From positions 131,628,001 to 131,692,000 of the forward strand of contig NC_086097.1 in the NCBI RefSeq assembly GCF_963921235.1: a stretch of 64,000 nt of DNA. The letters are read 5' to 3'. This document shows positions 25,091 to 38,016 of the stretch, one piece after another. The notes under the pieces are model-generated. The model worked only from the letters and a program-made list of their open reading frames with translations, was not told where the DNA came from and did not search any database. Position numbers and translations under genes: made by a program. The DNA is from Mobula hypostoma (lineage: Eukaryota). Position 1 is the stretch's first letter. Every line of letters begins with the position of its first letter.

Positions 25091-26427
25091 AAAGGCCATT
25101 ACCCTTGGAAATGTATTCTAGGATTGAGTTGCTGTCTTTTTGAATAGAGGGAAGTATTAAAAGTCAGCGAGGGGAATAAAATGGTAAATAAATGTCCACA
25201 TCCTAACTTGCAAACTTTGACACTTTTAAATTTGATTTCAAAGTGATCACCCAAATAATGTCTACCTTAATCAATAATAGCCTGTGAGCAGAGTCAAGTT
25301 TTAAGGTACTGTGGCTCAGAGCTGGAAAGGACAGATCCAAATGACCTTCTAATGAAGAGACATGTGCCCCTTTGCAGGCTGTTTTAAAACATTTTTATCC
25401 TTTCCTTCTCGCTAGAGCAAGCTGATCGATATCTTCGGCTAAAGTCAATATTTTTCCAGGTAAATTGACACCTGACCCTTTTAAACATCTTCTGACAGTG
25501 TCTAATGGCTCTGCCAAGATGGTCAAATCCAGAAGGAGGACTAACATCCACACTGGTCACACTTAGAGCCTTGACAGATCTTCTGCACCTGATGTTAAGT
25601 TTAACATTGACAGATTATCGACTGAGATGTCACTTTTTTTTTGTGTCTAGGAGGCGGCGGATTCCAGCTTGAAGCTTTGAAAAACAAATACGATTTTGCT
25701 TTCCAGGTATATCCTGTGATTCTTCGTAAAGTGGTTTACATAAATTAATTTTAAATATAAACGTTAAGCCAACAAGACATTGATGACTACTAATGTTGAC
25801 CTCTGACCAAGCAAGTACAGTAGTACTTCCATCTCTGAGTTGAAGTTTTCTGAGTTCAGACTCTTAAATATTAAAAATAAGTTGACTCTTCTGAGTTATC
25901 AGAGGGAAGTGTTGCATTGTCTGCAGTTCAATGTTTTAGGTAAATAGATCTCTTCATTCAGAACAGTTAATAACCAACAGAATCCTTTCAAATTGTAGTT
26001 GTTGTAAAATGTGTTGGCTAATTTAGTATTGTGGGTTTGTATTCTAACATGAATGAGGTGCTGAGAATATAATGAATCAGCAAAACACACGGAGGACTAC
26101 TGAAACACATGCACCTTGTATACTCTCTTGCAACTATACAACGCAGGCCCAGATTACTCACCTATTAAAAAAGCTAGTAGTGCATTCCTGCCTTTGAAAA
26201 GGAGGACCAATTTGCACATGCACATTATTTACAGCTTTCCTGGATCTCTTTGATCTTCTCAAGCAGACATTTCCTGTTGACGTTACATTCACTTCATGAC
26301 TTGGGGAAGGCATCACTTCCTCCTATTTCTTCTAAGGTGTCCTACGGACTAACTTTTGGAATTCACTCTCAACCACATAAACCTTTGCAATGTGCTTGGA
26401 TATCTCTGGCAGATATTTTATGGGAAC

Positions 26428-27025
26428 TTCTAATACATTATGAGGCACTAGTCAGGCCGCAATTGGAGTATTGCCAACAGTTTTGGGCCCTATATCTCAG
26501 AAAGAATGTGTTATCATTGGAGAGAGTCCAGAGATGGTTCACGAGGATGGTTCTGGGAATGAAGGGGTTAACATATGAGGAGCATTTGGCACCTATGGGC
26601 CTGTACTCACTGGTATTCAGAATAATACAGGGGGATCTCATTGAAACCTACTGAATCTTGAAAGAATTAGATAGAGTGGATGTGGAGAGCATGTTTCCTA
26701 CAGTGGGCATATCCAGAACTAGAGGGCACAGCCTCAGAATTGAGGGGTGACTTTTTAGAACAGAGGTAAGGAGGAGTATTTTTAGCCAGAGAGTAGTGAA
26801 TCTGTGGAATGTTCTGTCACAGACTGTGGTGGAAGCCAAATCTGTGGGTATATTTAAGGTGGAAGTTGATCATTTCCTGATTGGTCAGGGCATCAAAGGA
26901 TATGGCGAGAAGGCAGGTGTGTGGGGTTGAGTGGAATCCAGGATCAGCCATGATGGGATGGTGGAGCAGAGTTGATGGGCTGAATGGCCTAATTCTGCTC
27001 CTCTATTTTGTGGTCTTATGGTCTA
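26428..27025 (+). mobile_element. CR1 LINE 3' fragment
   Basis: YEALVRPQLEYCQQFW..LERVQRWFTRM..GDLIETY; 3' UTR tgaatggcctaattctgctcc with a (tggtctta) tail. Confidence 0.9.
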
Positions 27026-27334
27026 GTACCATCTCCTCTTTTCACAAGATATCATTATGCCTATATATTCCCCTTGTCATTTCCCAATCCCATCCATTTT
27101 TGAATGCTAGATTTACTAGCTAATGTAATATGGGATCTTCATCAAACCATTTGTCTCACTCTACTCCTTGAATAATAATTTTCTTTTGTCCAAACTGCTT
27201 CTCTTCCTCTTTGCTTTCAAAATTAGCCTGAAATAAGGCTTAATGTTCTTTAGAATGTTCGATTCAGCAGGCAGAATGGAGACACAAGAGGCTGCACATG
27301 CAGCTTGCTCCATTACTTTTTTCATTTCTTATCA

Positions 27335-28905
27335 GATGCGCAGCAACTCTGGCACGATCTGCAAGACATTACTTCCTACAAAGCGAAACCCAGTAGTATG
27401 AATGGCAGCGATGCTTCACTACCAGATGAACTCAACGGCTTCTATGCAGGCTTTGAAAGGAGAATACAACTACATCTGTGAAGATCCCTGCTGCACCTGA
27501 TGACCCTGTGATCTCTGACTCAGAGGCCGATGTTAGACTGTCTTTAAGGTAGAAGGTCCCAATGCAATACCTGGTAAAGCTCTGAAAACCTGTGCCAACC
27601 AACTAGCGTGAATATTCAAGGACATTTTCAACCTCTCACTGCTATGGGCAGAAGTTCCCATTTGCTTCAAAAATGTAACAATTATACCAGTGCCTAAGAA
27701 GAATAATGTGGGCTGCCTTAATGACTATTGCCCAGTAGCACTCACATCGACAGTGATGAAATGCTTTGAGAGGTTGGTTATGACGAGACTGAACTCCTGC
27801 CTCAGCAGGGACCTGGACCCATTGCAGTTTGCCTATTGCCATAATAGGTCAATGGCAGATGCAATCTCAATGGCTCTCCACACGGATTTAAACCACCTAG
27901 ACAACTCAAACACCTACGTCAGGATGCTGTTCATTGATTATAGCTCAGCATTTAATACCATCATTCCCACAAACCTAGTTGAGAAGTTACAGAACCTGTG
28001 CCTCTGTACCACCCTTTGCAACTGGATCCTCGACTTCCTAACCAGAAGACCACAGTCAGTGTGGATTGGTGATAACATCTCCTCCTTGCTGACGATCAAC
28101 ACTGGCGCACCTTAAGGGTGTGGGCTTAGCCCACTGCTCTACTCTCTATATACAAGTGACTGTGCAGTTAGGCATAGCTCAAATACCATCTATAAATTTG
28201 CTGACAATACAACCATTTTTGGTAGAATCTCAGGTGGTGATGAGAGGGCGTACAGGAGTGAGATATGCCAACTCGATGCAGTTATAAAGAAGGCAACACA
28301 GCGACTATACTTTATTAGGAGTTTGTAGAGATTTGGCATGTCAACAAATACACTCAAAAACTTCTGTAGTTGTACCCTGGAGAGCATGCTGACAGGCGGC
28401 ATCACTGTCTGGTATGGAGGGGCTACTGCACAGGACCGAAAGAAGCTGCAGAAGGTTGTAAATCTAGTCAGCTCCATCTTGGGCACTAGCCTACAAAGTA
28501 CCCAGGACATCTTTAGGGAGCAGTGTCTAAGGAAGGCAGTGTCCATTATTGAGGACGTCCAGCACCCAGGGCATGCCTTTTTCTCACTGTTGCCATCAGG
28601 TAGGAGGTACTGAAGCCTGAAGGCACACACTTAGCAATTTCGGAACAGCTTCTTCCCCTCTGCCATCTGATTCCTAAATGGACATTGAAGCTTTGGACAC
28701 TACCTCACTTTTTTTTAATATACAGTATTTCTGTCTTTTTTGCACTTAAAAAAATCTATTTACTTGTTTATTTATTATGATTATGTTTTATTTTATTTTT
28801 GTTATTATTTTTTCTCTCTGCTAGATTATGTATTGTATTGAACTGCTGCTGCTAAGTTAACAAATTTCATGTCACATGCCGGTGATAATAAACCTGATTC
28901 TAATT
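27335..28905 (+). mobile_element. Rex1/Babar LINE, RT with internal deletion
   Basis: ORF 27690-28115 ([44 protein letters not shown]), KFADNTT, HPGHAFFSLLPSGRRY, and a gataataaacctgattct tail. Confidence 0.92.
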
Positions 28906-29336
28906 CTTTCTCTCTCTTTGTTTGTCGCTATCTACTATTCGCCTGCTGCTGTCTCCCAGTTCTACCCCTCCCCTCCCCTACCTGCCATAACCCTTCCTCA
29001 GTTCACCAGTCCCCTCAGACTCCATTTTCACCACTCCCCCTGTTTATACTGACACCCTAAATCCCATTGATCCAAACGGTTGGCAATTCTTTTCCCCCCA
29101 CAGATGCTGTTTGACCCACTGAGATCCCCTAACTAATTGTTTATTGCTTCAGCAGGTATCAACTGTGTTGGAATGTGAAGTCATTCAGCAGGTTAGCAAA
29201 AAAAATTACTCATTTATTGTTTGTTGAGATACAGCACAGAATAGGCCCATCTTGCCCTTTGAACCATGCTGGCCAGCATTCCCCCGATTTAATTGGAGCC
29301 TAATTACGGGACAATTTACAATGACCAATTAACCTA

Positions 29337-30198
29337 CATCTTTCCCTCTCCACCCCTCTCCGGTTTCCTCAGAGATCGGTCCCTCTGCGACTCCCTGGTC
29401 CACACGTCCCTCCCCACGGATCTCCCACACGGCACTTTTCCCTGTAAGCGCAAGTGCTACACCTGTCCCTACACCTCCTCTCTTGCCACCATTCAGGGCC
29501 CCAAACAGTCCTTCCAAGTGAGGCAACACTTCACTTGTGAGTCTGTTGTGGTCATCTATTGCATCCAGTGCTCCTGGTGGGGCCTCCTCTACATCAGTGA
29601 AACCCGACGCAGATTGGGGGACCGCTTCGTCGAGCACCTCCACTCTGTCCGCCACAACAGACAGGATCTCCCAGTAGCCACCCACTTCAGCTCTGCTTCC
29701 CACTCCCATTCAGATATGTCCATACATGGCCTCTTCTACTGCCATGATGAGGCTAAACTCAGGTTGGAGGAATAACACCACATATACCGTCTAGGTAGTC
29801 TCCAGCCCCTTGGAATGAATATAGAATTCTCCAACTTCCGGTAATTCCTTCCCCCTCCCTTCCTCCATCCCTATGTCACTCCGCCCCCTCCCCCAGCTGC
29901 CTATCACACCCTCATGGTTCCGCCTCCTTCTACTACCCATTGTGTTTTCCCCTATTCCTTCTTCACCTTTCCTGCCTATCACCTCCCTGCTTCCCCTCCC
30001 CCACCCCTTTATCTTTCCCCTTACTGGTTTTTCACCTGGAACCTACCAGCCTTCTCCTTCCCACCCTCCCCCCACTTCTTTCTAGGGCCTCTGCCCCTTT
30101 CCACTACAGTCCTAACGAAGGGTTCTGGCCCGAAACGTCGACCGATCTTTTCCACAGATGCTGCCCGATCTGCTGAGTTCCTCCAGCGTGTTGTGAGT
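29337..30198 (+). mobile_element. Neptune-type Penelope-like element 3' part: Cys-rich linker, GIY-YIG endonuclease and terminus, inserted in a SINE
   Basis: ORF 29293-29775 (FPCKRKCYTC..VVIYCIQC..LLYISETRRRLGDRFVEH..VATHF), then a CT-rich UTR and a hammerhead variant at 30107-30144 (CUAACGA). Confidence 0.9.
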
Positions 30199-30345
30199 GG
30201 TACGTCTTTGAACTGTGAGGAAACTGGAGCACCCGAAGGAAAATCATGTGGTCACGGGGAGAGCATACAAACTCCTTACAGGCAGCAGTGGGAATTGAAC
30301 CGGTATCATCTGTACTGTAAAGTAATGTGCTAACCACTATGCTAC

Positions 30346-32350
30346 AAATTAGCCAGAAAAAGTGGCTCACCTGAGGACTAGGAGAATTTCAGAGTTCAGC
30401 AGAGGAGGCCAAAGGGCTTAATTAGGAAGGGGAAAAAAGATTATGAGAGAAAACTGGCAGGGAACATAAAAACTGACTGTAAAAGCTTTTATAGATATGT
30501 AAAAAGGAAAAGACAAATGTAGGTCCCCTACAGACAGAAACAGGTGAATTGATTATTGGGAGCAAGGACATGGCAGACCAATTGAATAATTACTTTGGTT
30601 CTGTCTTCACTAAGGAGGACATAAATAATCTTCCAGAAATAGTAGGGGACAGAGGGTCCAGTGAGATGGAGGAACTGAGCGAAATACATGTTAGTAGGGA
30701 AGTGGTGTTAGGTAAATTGAAGGGATTGAAGGCAGATAAATCCCCAGGGCCAGATGGTCTGCATCCTAGAGTGCTTAAGGAAGTAGCCCAAGAAATAGTG
30801 GATGCATTAGTGATAATTTTTCAAAACTCGTTAGATTCTGGACTAGTTCCTGAGGATTGGAGGGTGGCTAATGTAACCCCACTTTTTAAAAAAGGAGGGA
30901 GAGAGAAACCAGGGAATTATAGACCGGTTAGCCTAACGTCGGTGGTGGGGAAACTGCTGGAGTCAGTTATCAAAGATGTGATAACAGCACATTTGGAAAG
31001 CAGTGAAATCATCGGACAAAGTCAGCATGGATTTGTGAAAGGAAAATCATGTCTGACGAATCTCATAGAATTTTTTGAGGATGTAACTAGTGGAGTGGAT
31101 AGGGGAGAACCAGTGGATGTGGTATATTTGGATTTTCAAAAGGCTTTTGACAAGGTCCCACACAGGAGATTAGTGTGCAAACTTAAAGCACACGGTATTG
31201 GGGGTAAGGTATTGATGTGGATAGAGAATTGGTTAGCAGACAGGAAGCAAAGAGTGGGAATAAACAGGACCTTTTCAGAATGGCAGGCGGTGACTAGTGG
31301 GGTACCGCAAGGCTCAGTGCTGGGACCCCAGTTGTTTACAATATATATTAATGACTTGGATGAGGGAATTAAATGCAGCATCTCCAAGTTTGCGGATGAC
31401 ACGAAGCTGGGCGGCAGTGTTAGCTGTGAGGAGGATGCTAAGAAGATGCAGGGTGACTTGGATAGGTTGGGTGAGTGGGCAAATTCATGGCAGATGCAAT
31501 TTAATGTGGATAAATGTGAAGTTATCCACTTTGGTGGCAAAAATAGGAAAACAGATTATTATCTGAATGGTGGCCAATCAGGAAAAGGGGAGGTGCAACG
31601 AAACCTGGGTGTCATTATACACCAGTCATTGAAAGTGGGCATGCAGGTACAGCAGGCGGTGAAAAAGGCGAATGGTATGCTGGCATTTATAGCGAGAGGA
31701 TTCGAGTACAGGAGCAGGGAGGTACTACTGCAGTTGTACAAGGCCTTGGTGAGACCACACCTGGAGTATTGTGTGCAGTTTTGGTCCCCTAATCTGAGGA
31801 AAGACATCCTTGCCATAGAGGGAGTACAAAGAAGGTTCACCAGATTGATTCCTGGGATGGCAGGACTTTCATATGAAGAAAGACTGGATGAACTGGACTT
31901 GTACTCGTTGGAATTTAGAAGATTGAGGGGGGATCTGATTGAAACGTATAAAATCCTAAAGGGATTGGACAGACTAGATGCAGGAAGATTGTTCCCGATG
32001 TTGGGGAAGTCCAGAACGAGGGGTCACAGTTTGAGGATAAAGGGGAAGCCTTTTAGGAGCGAGATTAGGAAAAACTTCTTCACACAGAGAGTGGTGAATC
32101 TGTGGAATTCTCTGCCACAGGAAACAGTTGAGGCCAGTTCATTGGCTATATTTAAGAGGGAGTTAGATATGGCCCTTGTGGCTACGGGGGTCAGGGGGTA
32201 TGGAGGGAAGGCTGGGGTGGGGTTCTGAGTTGGATGATCAGCCATGATCATAATAAATGGCGGTGCAGGCTCGAAGGGCCGAATGGCCTACTCCTGCACC
32301 TATTTTCTATGTTTCTATGTTTCTATGTTTCTACGTTTCTATGTTTCTAC
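30346..32350 (+). mobile_element. Young CR1 LINE, 5'-truncated
   Basis: Uninterrupted RT ORF plus 3' UTR ending in (gtttctat)n at about 32304-32350. It splits a SINE at ...ctatgctac | catgctg. Confidence 0.95.
30549..32228 (+). CDS. CR1 ORF2 reverse transcriptase domain (559 aa open, no endonuclease)
   Basis: KSPGPDGLHPRVLKE, NYRPVSLTSVVGK, QHGFVKGKSCLTNL, VYLDFQKAFDKVPH, SGVPQGSVLGP, SKFADDTKL. Confidence 0.85.
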   Translation: MIIGSKDMADQLNNYFGSVFTKEDINNLPEIVGDRGSSEMEELSEIHVSREVVLGKLKGLKADKSPGPDGLHPRVLKEVAQEIVDALVIIFQNSLDSGLVPEDWRVANVTPLFKKGGREKPGNYRPVSLTSVVGKLLESVIKDVITAHLESSEIIGQSQHGFVKGKSCLTNLIEFFEDVTSGVDRGEPVDVVYLDFQKAFDKVPHRRLVCKLKAHGIGGKVLMWIENWLADRKQRVGINRTFSEWQAVTSGVPQGSVLGPQLFTIYINDLDEGIKCSISKFADDTKLGGSVSCEEDAKKMQGDLDRLGEWANSWQMQFNVDKCEVIHFGGKNRKTDYYLNGGQSGKGEVQRNLGVIIHQSLKVGMQVQQAVKKANGMLAFIARGFEYRSREVLLQLYKALVRPHLEYCVQFWSPNLRKDILAIEGVQRRFTRLIPGMAGLSYEERLDELDLYSLEFRRLRGDLIETYKILKGLDRLDAGRLFPMLGKSRTRGHSLRIKGKPFRSEIRKNFFTQRVVNLWNSLPQETVEASSLAIFKRELDMALVATGVRGYGGKAGVGF

Positions 32351-32939
32351 CATGCTGGCCATCAGTATCTGCTCAAATTAATCACTTGTAATACCCTTGA
32401 TCCTGCAGCAATTTTAACTGACCTCTTTGCTCCACTGTTTGATACAGTGCAATGAACAAGTGTTAATTCCATTTTGCTTCATAAAACATTGAAAGTAGAA
32501 CGAACACAAATGTCTGGGTCTATTTCTTCTGGAGGGTCAAGACAGGAAAAAAAATAGTTAAGTGTTCGATAGTATGCTGTACTACAGGATGCATCATGTT
32601 TAAGTTTGATCCAGTTTGACTTGCTATCAACAAGTACTAAGGAGCTATAATCCCCTTCTAATAATGATTAATTAACAACATATAGAGTCATCGAGTTACT
32701 TGGGACAGATACAGGTCCTTAGGCCCAAATGGTCCTTACCAAGATGCCCCATCTAAGTTAGGGCCATTTGCCAGCATTTAGCTCATGTCCTTCTAAACCA
32801 TTCCAATCCATGTATCTGTCCGACTGTCTTTTAAAAGTTGTTATTGCACCTCCCTTAATCACTTCCTCTGGCAGCACATTCCACTTAGATACCACCTTTT
32901 ATGTAAGAAAGTTATCCTTTGTTCCTATTAAAACTTTCC

Positions 32940-33446
32940 CCGCGTTCTGGTCACCTCACTATAGGAAGGGTGTGGAAGCATTGGAAAGGGTACAGAGGAG
33001 ATCTACCAGGATGCTGCCTGGTTTAGAGAGTATGCATTATGATCAGAGATTAAGGGAGCTAGGGCTTTACTCTTTGGAGAGAAGGAGGATGAGAGGAGAC
33101 ATGATAGAGGTGTACAAGATAATAAGAGGAATAGATAGAGTGGATAGCCAGCGCCTCTTCCCCAGGGCACCACTGCTCAATACAAGAGGACATGGCTTTA
33201 AGGTAAGGGGTGGGAAGTTCAAGGGGGATATTAGAGGAAGGTTTTTTACTCAGAGGGTGGTAGGTGCGTGGAATGCACTGTCTGAGTCAGTGGCGGAGGC
33301 AGATACACTAGTGAAGTTTAAGAGACTACTAGACAGGTATATGGAGGAATCTAAGGTGGGGGCTTATATGGGAGGCAGGGTTTGAGGGTCAGCACAACAT
33401 TGTGGGCCGAAGGGCCTGTACTGTGCTGTACTATTCTATGTTCTAT
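32940..33446 (+). mobile_element. CR1 3' fragment inserted into an older minus-strand CR1 fragment (about 32685-33620)
   Basis: FWSPHYRKGVEALERVQRRSTRML..RGRFFTQRVVGAWNAL; (ttctatg) tail. Confidence 0.85.
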
Positions 33447-34029
33447 TACCTTAAGCCTATGCTTTCAACTTCTTGTTTCCCAAACCCTGGAAAAAAATGG
33501 AGCCTATTTTCCCCACTTATCCCCTTCATGATTTTATACACTTCTATTATATGATCGCTCAGTCTCCTTGCTCCAAAGAATAAAGTCACAGCTTGTCCAG
33601 CCTCTCCCTACAACTCATTCACTCAAATCCTACTCTTTGGAAAGGTGTTTTTAGCCATTCCCAAACTTTCAAAGGAGTCTTTGCTGGACCTTGAATATTT
33701 TAGGTTTCTTTTCACCTTTCCTCTGATTGGTTGTAATTCATTTATGTATTTTCTTGGAGTCATTGAGTTATATAGTATAGAAATAGGCATTTTGGGCCAA
33801 CACATCCAAGCCAGTCAAGGTGCCTACCTGAGCTAATCCCATATGCCCGTATTTGGTCTGGATCTGTTTAAACCTGTCTAAATATCTTTTAAAAGTTGCA
33901 GCTAGTTCATATAGCCACCATCCAATGTATGTGCCCTTTAAATCTTACTCCTTTGCTGGAACGTCGTATCTTTCTAACTTACTCTAACACTTTACTCATT
34001 AAGTTCTTCAGACATTCAAGGCTCACAGT

Positions 34030-34730
34030 GTACTTGTGCTCCTGGCTGGCTGAGAAAATAATCTGTACATATAATCTGTACACCTCCTCGTCACCATCTG
34101 AAGTTCTGCCAACAATAGTTGTGTGGTTGGCATATTTATAGATAGTGCTTGAACTGTGCTTAGCCACACAATTGTGGGTGTTGAGAGTAGAGCAGTGGGC
34201 TAGGCACACATCCCTGGGGTGCACGTGTTGATCGTCAGCGTGGAGGAGATGATAGTTCTGATCCACACAGACTGTGGTCTCTTGGTGAGGAAGTCAAGGA
34301 TCCAGTTGCAGAGTGAGGTACAGAGGCCCAGTTTTTGGAGCTTGTTGTTTGAACTGAAGGTAGCATTGTGTTGAACACTGAGGTGTAGTCAGTAAACCAC
34401 AGCCGACATAGGATTTTACTGTTGTCTGGGTAATCCAAGGCCAAGTGGAGACCCAATGAGATCGCATTCTCAGTGCACCAATTGTGGCAGTCGGCAAATA
34501 ACAGCAGCTCCAGGTCCTTGCTTTAAAAGGAGTTGATTCTAGCCATGGCCGACTTCTCAAAGCACTTCATCACAGTAGATGTAAGTGCCACTGGGAGATA
34601 GTCATTGAGACAGCTCACCCTGTACTTCTTGAGCACTGGTATGTTTGCTGCCCATTTGAAATAGGTGGGGACCTCCCACTGGAGCAGTGAGAGATTGATG
34701 GTGTCCTTGAACTCTCCCATCAGTTGGCTG
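34030..34730 (-). mobile_element. Rex1/Babar RT fragment
   Basis: [40 protein letters not shown]. Confidence 0.85.
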
Positions 34731-37700
34731 AGGTACTCCCTTACCTATTGATCTTCTCCAGCCATTTGTTTTTTTTTCCTCCAGGCTTCAGCATCTGCAG
34801 TCTGTTGTATCTCCTTGTGAATCTTTTCTGCACCCTCTTTAGCTTTATTTACACCCTTCCTTTAGCCCATGGCCTCTGTATGCTCCTGATACAGAATCCC
34901 AAGGAACCTGGCTCATACAGAGACTGGTGCTGCTGTGGGTGTGGAAAAAAAAGGACAAAGTATCTCCAAATTTTGAAAGCTTCCTCCAGTCGTCAGGAGG
35001 TTTCAAGGATTCAATGTATTCTAAGTACACTAATTATCGAAGTATGTATACAGTATACAACCCTGAGATTCATTTTCTTCACAGACAGCAACAAAACAAA
35101 GAAAACTATGGAACCCGTGCAAAGAAGAACATCAATCTCTCCCTGTGCAAAAAATAAATAAATTGTGCAAAAGGTAGCAAGAACATCAACCCCTCCCACA
35201 TGCAAATAAATAAATCATGCAAACGGCAACAAGAACATCAATCCCCCCACACTAAAAAAAATCACACAAACAGCAACAGAAATATCAACTTCCACTCACT
35301 AAGAAAAAACAACGAGGAAAGAATGAGTGAAAACATAGATAATAACACAGAAAATCTTAAGAGTTTCAGCTCAGTATTCATTAGTTTCACTCTGTAACTG
35401 GAGGACTCTGGGAAAGTTTATGCTGGCACTCCTTAGGCTGATTGGCATTTAAGACAGTATCACTCATCTGCCTTTCTGTTTTCTCTTTAGGGTTTTTACT
35501 ACCAATGATTCGTTTACTAATGGGCGAGCCCTTGGAAAGTATGTGTGTGTGCTTTTTTTATGGCTGCGTCAGGTATTTATAGGCCTGATCCATCATGAGT
35601 GCGAGACACCTCTTTTTCTTCCTCCTTTGAAAGACAGAAATAATAAAAATGCAGATGCTGTACTTTGAAATGACTCTGTAAATATTTTCACTCCTTTTCC
35701 GTGGGAAACAATGGCCGTGTCTATGCTGCAGCTCATTTGCACGCAGGGGACAGGCATTTTCGTTTATTATCAATTTTATGCATTACTTCATTTCACGGCG
35801 TTAAGACAATTACAATCAAAGGACTCTGCGTTCTGTGGGGATGCTATTCATGCCTTCAGTTCCATCATATTGATGCTATTCACAGAGATTTGCATAGAGG
35901 GTAGTGAGCTACTTCAGAAAAGAGAGGATAAAGAAGCTTGTTGCAAACTTTTTATGTGTGTTCACGTAATGAGGGTTTCAGCACTTTCCCTCAAAGGTCC
36001 ACATTCTGAAACAGTGGAGACAATATGTCCACACCAAGGCACATCTAGGACTTTAACTCTTTGGGCAACTTCTACAGATTAGGTAGTTTCTCAAAGAGAT
36101 GTACAGTTGCCAATTCTTTCCTTAAAGGGTCATATCAGTAAGGAATTTACAGGGGAAAATGGATTACATCCTGCTATGTGCAGTCTTTTCCGAAAGTCTT
36201 CAGTTTGGCATTCCTGTCTGCATTTTGGATTTGAACTGGAGATAATACATTCTTATTTCTCAATATTCATTTTTGAAGTTTACACTCTTTTTGAATCAGA
36301 AAAGGCTACACCACTCCGCAGGTGGTACCAATAACATTCCCGTTTAGCAATCTGGTAAATCATTTTACAAAGCCACTTACCAAAAGACAGTCTCCTTTTA
36401 ATGAAGTATTCCTGGGTCAAAGCCACATTGTAAATTTTTTGGTAGTACTGCTTTAATCAAGAAACTGTGAGGAGGGTTGAGGAGAAAACAAGTCTGTACA
36501 ATTTTGCAATCCTATTTGAAAACTACAAACAAAATCAAGAAAGGAATTCTAGCACGTTGCCACTATTTTAACTTACTTTTTATTTTTATTGTAATTTATC
36601 ACAATTTATTTTTCACTAATATTTTTAAAACCTGCAGAGCAGTTGGGTTATAAGTCATACCTCAATGATGTTCTGATCTGTATTAATTCTTCTCAAAAAT
36701 ATAATTGTATTATATTAATATAAGACCAGCCACGTTGAGTAGAGCAGACTCTCATAGTATTGAGATAATCCTAAGGTGATCCACTTTTAGGAATGCTAAT
36801 TGAAGGATAAGTACTGGCAGAACACCAGGGAAAATTCAACCATTTTTCTTTGAAGTGTTACCATGAGATCTTTTCTATCCATGCAAGGCCTCATCTCGAA
36901 GCACCTCCATAAATCCAGCTTTTTCTCTGTTTTGTACTGACACGTCAGCCTTCATTATTAGAATTGACACTTGATCTTATAGTTTCCTTCAAACTAAACC
37001 ATTTTTAACACAGGTTGGGAACATGTGGCCTGATTAAAGTAAGTTTGCTGATTACACAAAGACTGATGCTGTTGTAGATAGTGAGGAGGGTTGTCTAAGA
37101 ATAATGAAGGACATAGATGGACTGGAAAATTGGGTGGAGCAGAAGCAAATGGAATTTAATCCAGACGAGTGTGAGGTATTGCATCCTGGATCATCGAATT
37201 CTGGCCAGACATGTACAGTAATGCCAGGGGCTTGGATACCTTGGATATACAAAGGGGAAGACCTTATGTTGCAAGTTCATAGTTACAGCTGGATAGGGTG
37301 TGGAGAAGTTGTTTTGCTTGCTTGCCTCCTTAGGCACAGGTGGAGAGGATGTTTCCTATAGTGGGGAACTTAGAGCCAGAGGGCACTGCCTCAGAATAGA
37401 AGGATGTTGTCACAAACACAGACTATGCTGTAGGTTTTTCCTTTAACTCTGCACGGTTCTTACTAAAAATCAGTGAAGTGTTCATCCACTTCAGCGTCTC
37501 TCCCTCTGCACTTGGGCGATAACCACACACTTGTGTCAGAGATATGGAGGAATTTCTTCAGCCACAGGGTGGTGAATCTGTGCAATTCGTTGCCACAGTC
37601 AGCTCTGGAGGCCAGTTCATTCAGTTCATTTAAAGTGGAGGTTGATAAATTCTTGATTAGTTAGGGCGTCAAATGTTACGAGAAGCGGGAAGAATGGAGT

Positions 37701-38016
37701 TGAGAGGGATACTAAATCAACCCTGATGGAATGGAATAGTGGAGCAGACTCGATGAGCAGAATGACCTAATTCTGCTCCCATGTCTGATGGTCTCTGTTT
37801 GGCTATAACTGGAATATTGTGTGTAGTGGAACTACACACAGTGGTGTGGAAACACTGGAAAGAGTGCAATAGATAGTTAGATACTTTATTGATCCCAAAG
37901 GAAACTACGGTGTCACAGTAGCATTACAATAGCATAGATGTACAAATATACAAATATTAGAAGAGAAGTAAGAAAGAATAAACAAATAATTCTAACAGGA
38001 GGAGGGCATCATTTCC

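Noticed and set aside
30549..32228. 559-aa RT ORF as a host gene or a retron/DGR-like system
   Set aside because: It is a typical CR1 ORF2 with a CR1 3' UTR and octamer tail, 5'-truncated, with no accessory genes.
32304..32350. CRISPR-like or satellite array
   Set aside because: It is a (gtttctat)n CR1 tail with no spacers, in a eukaryotic context.
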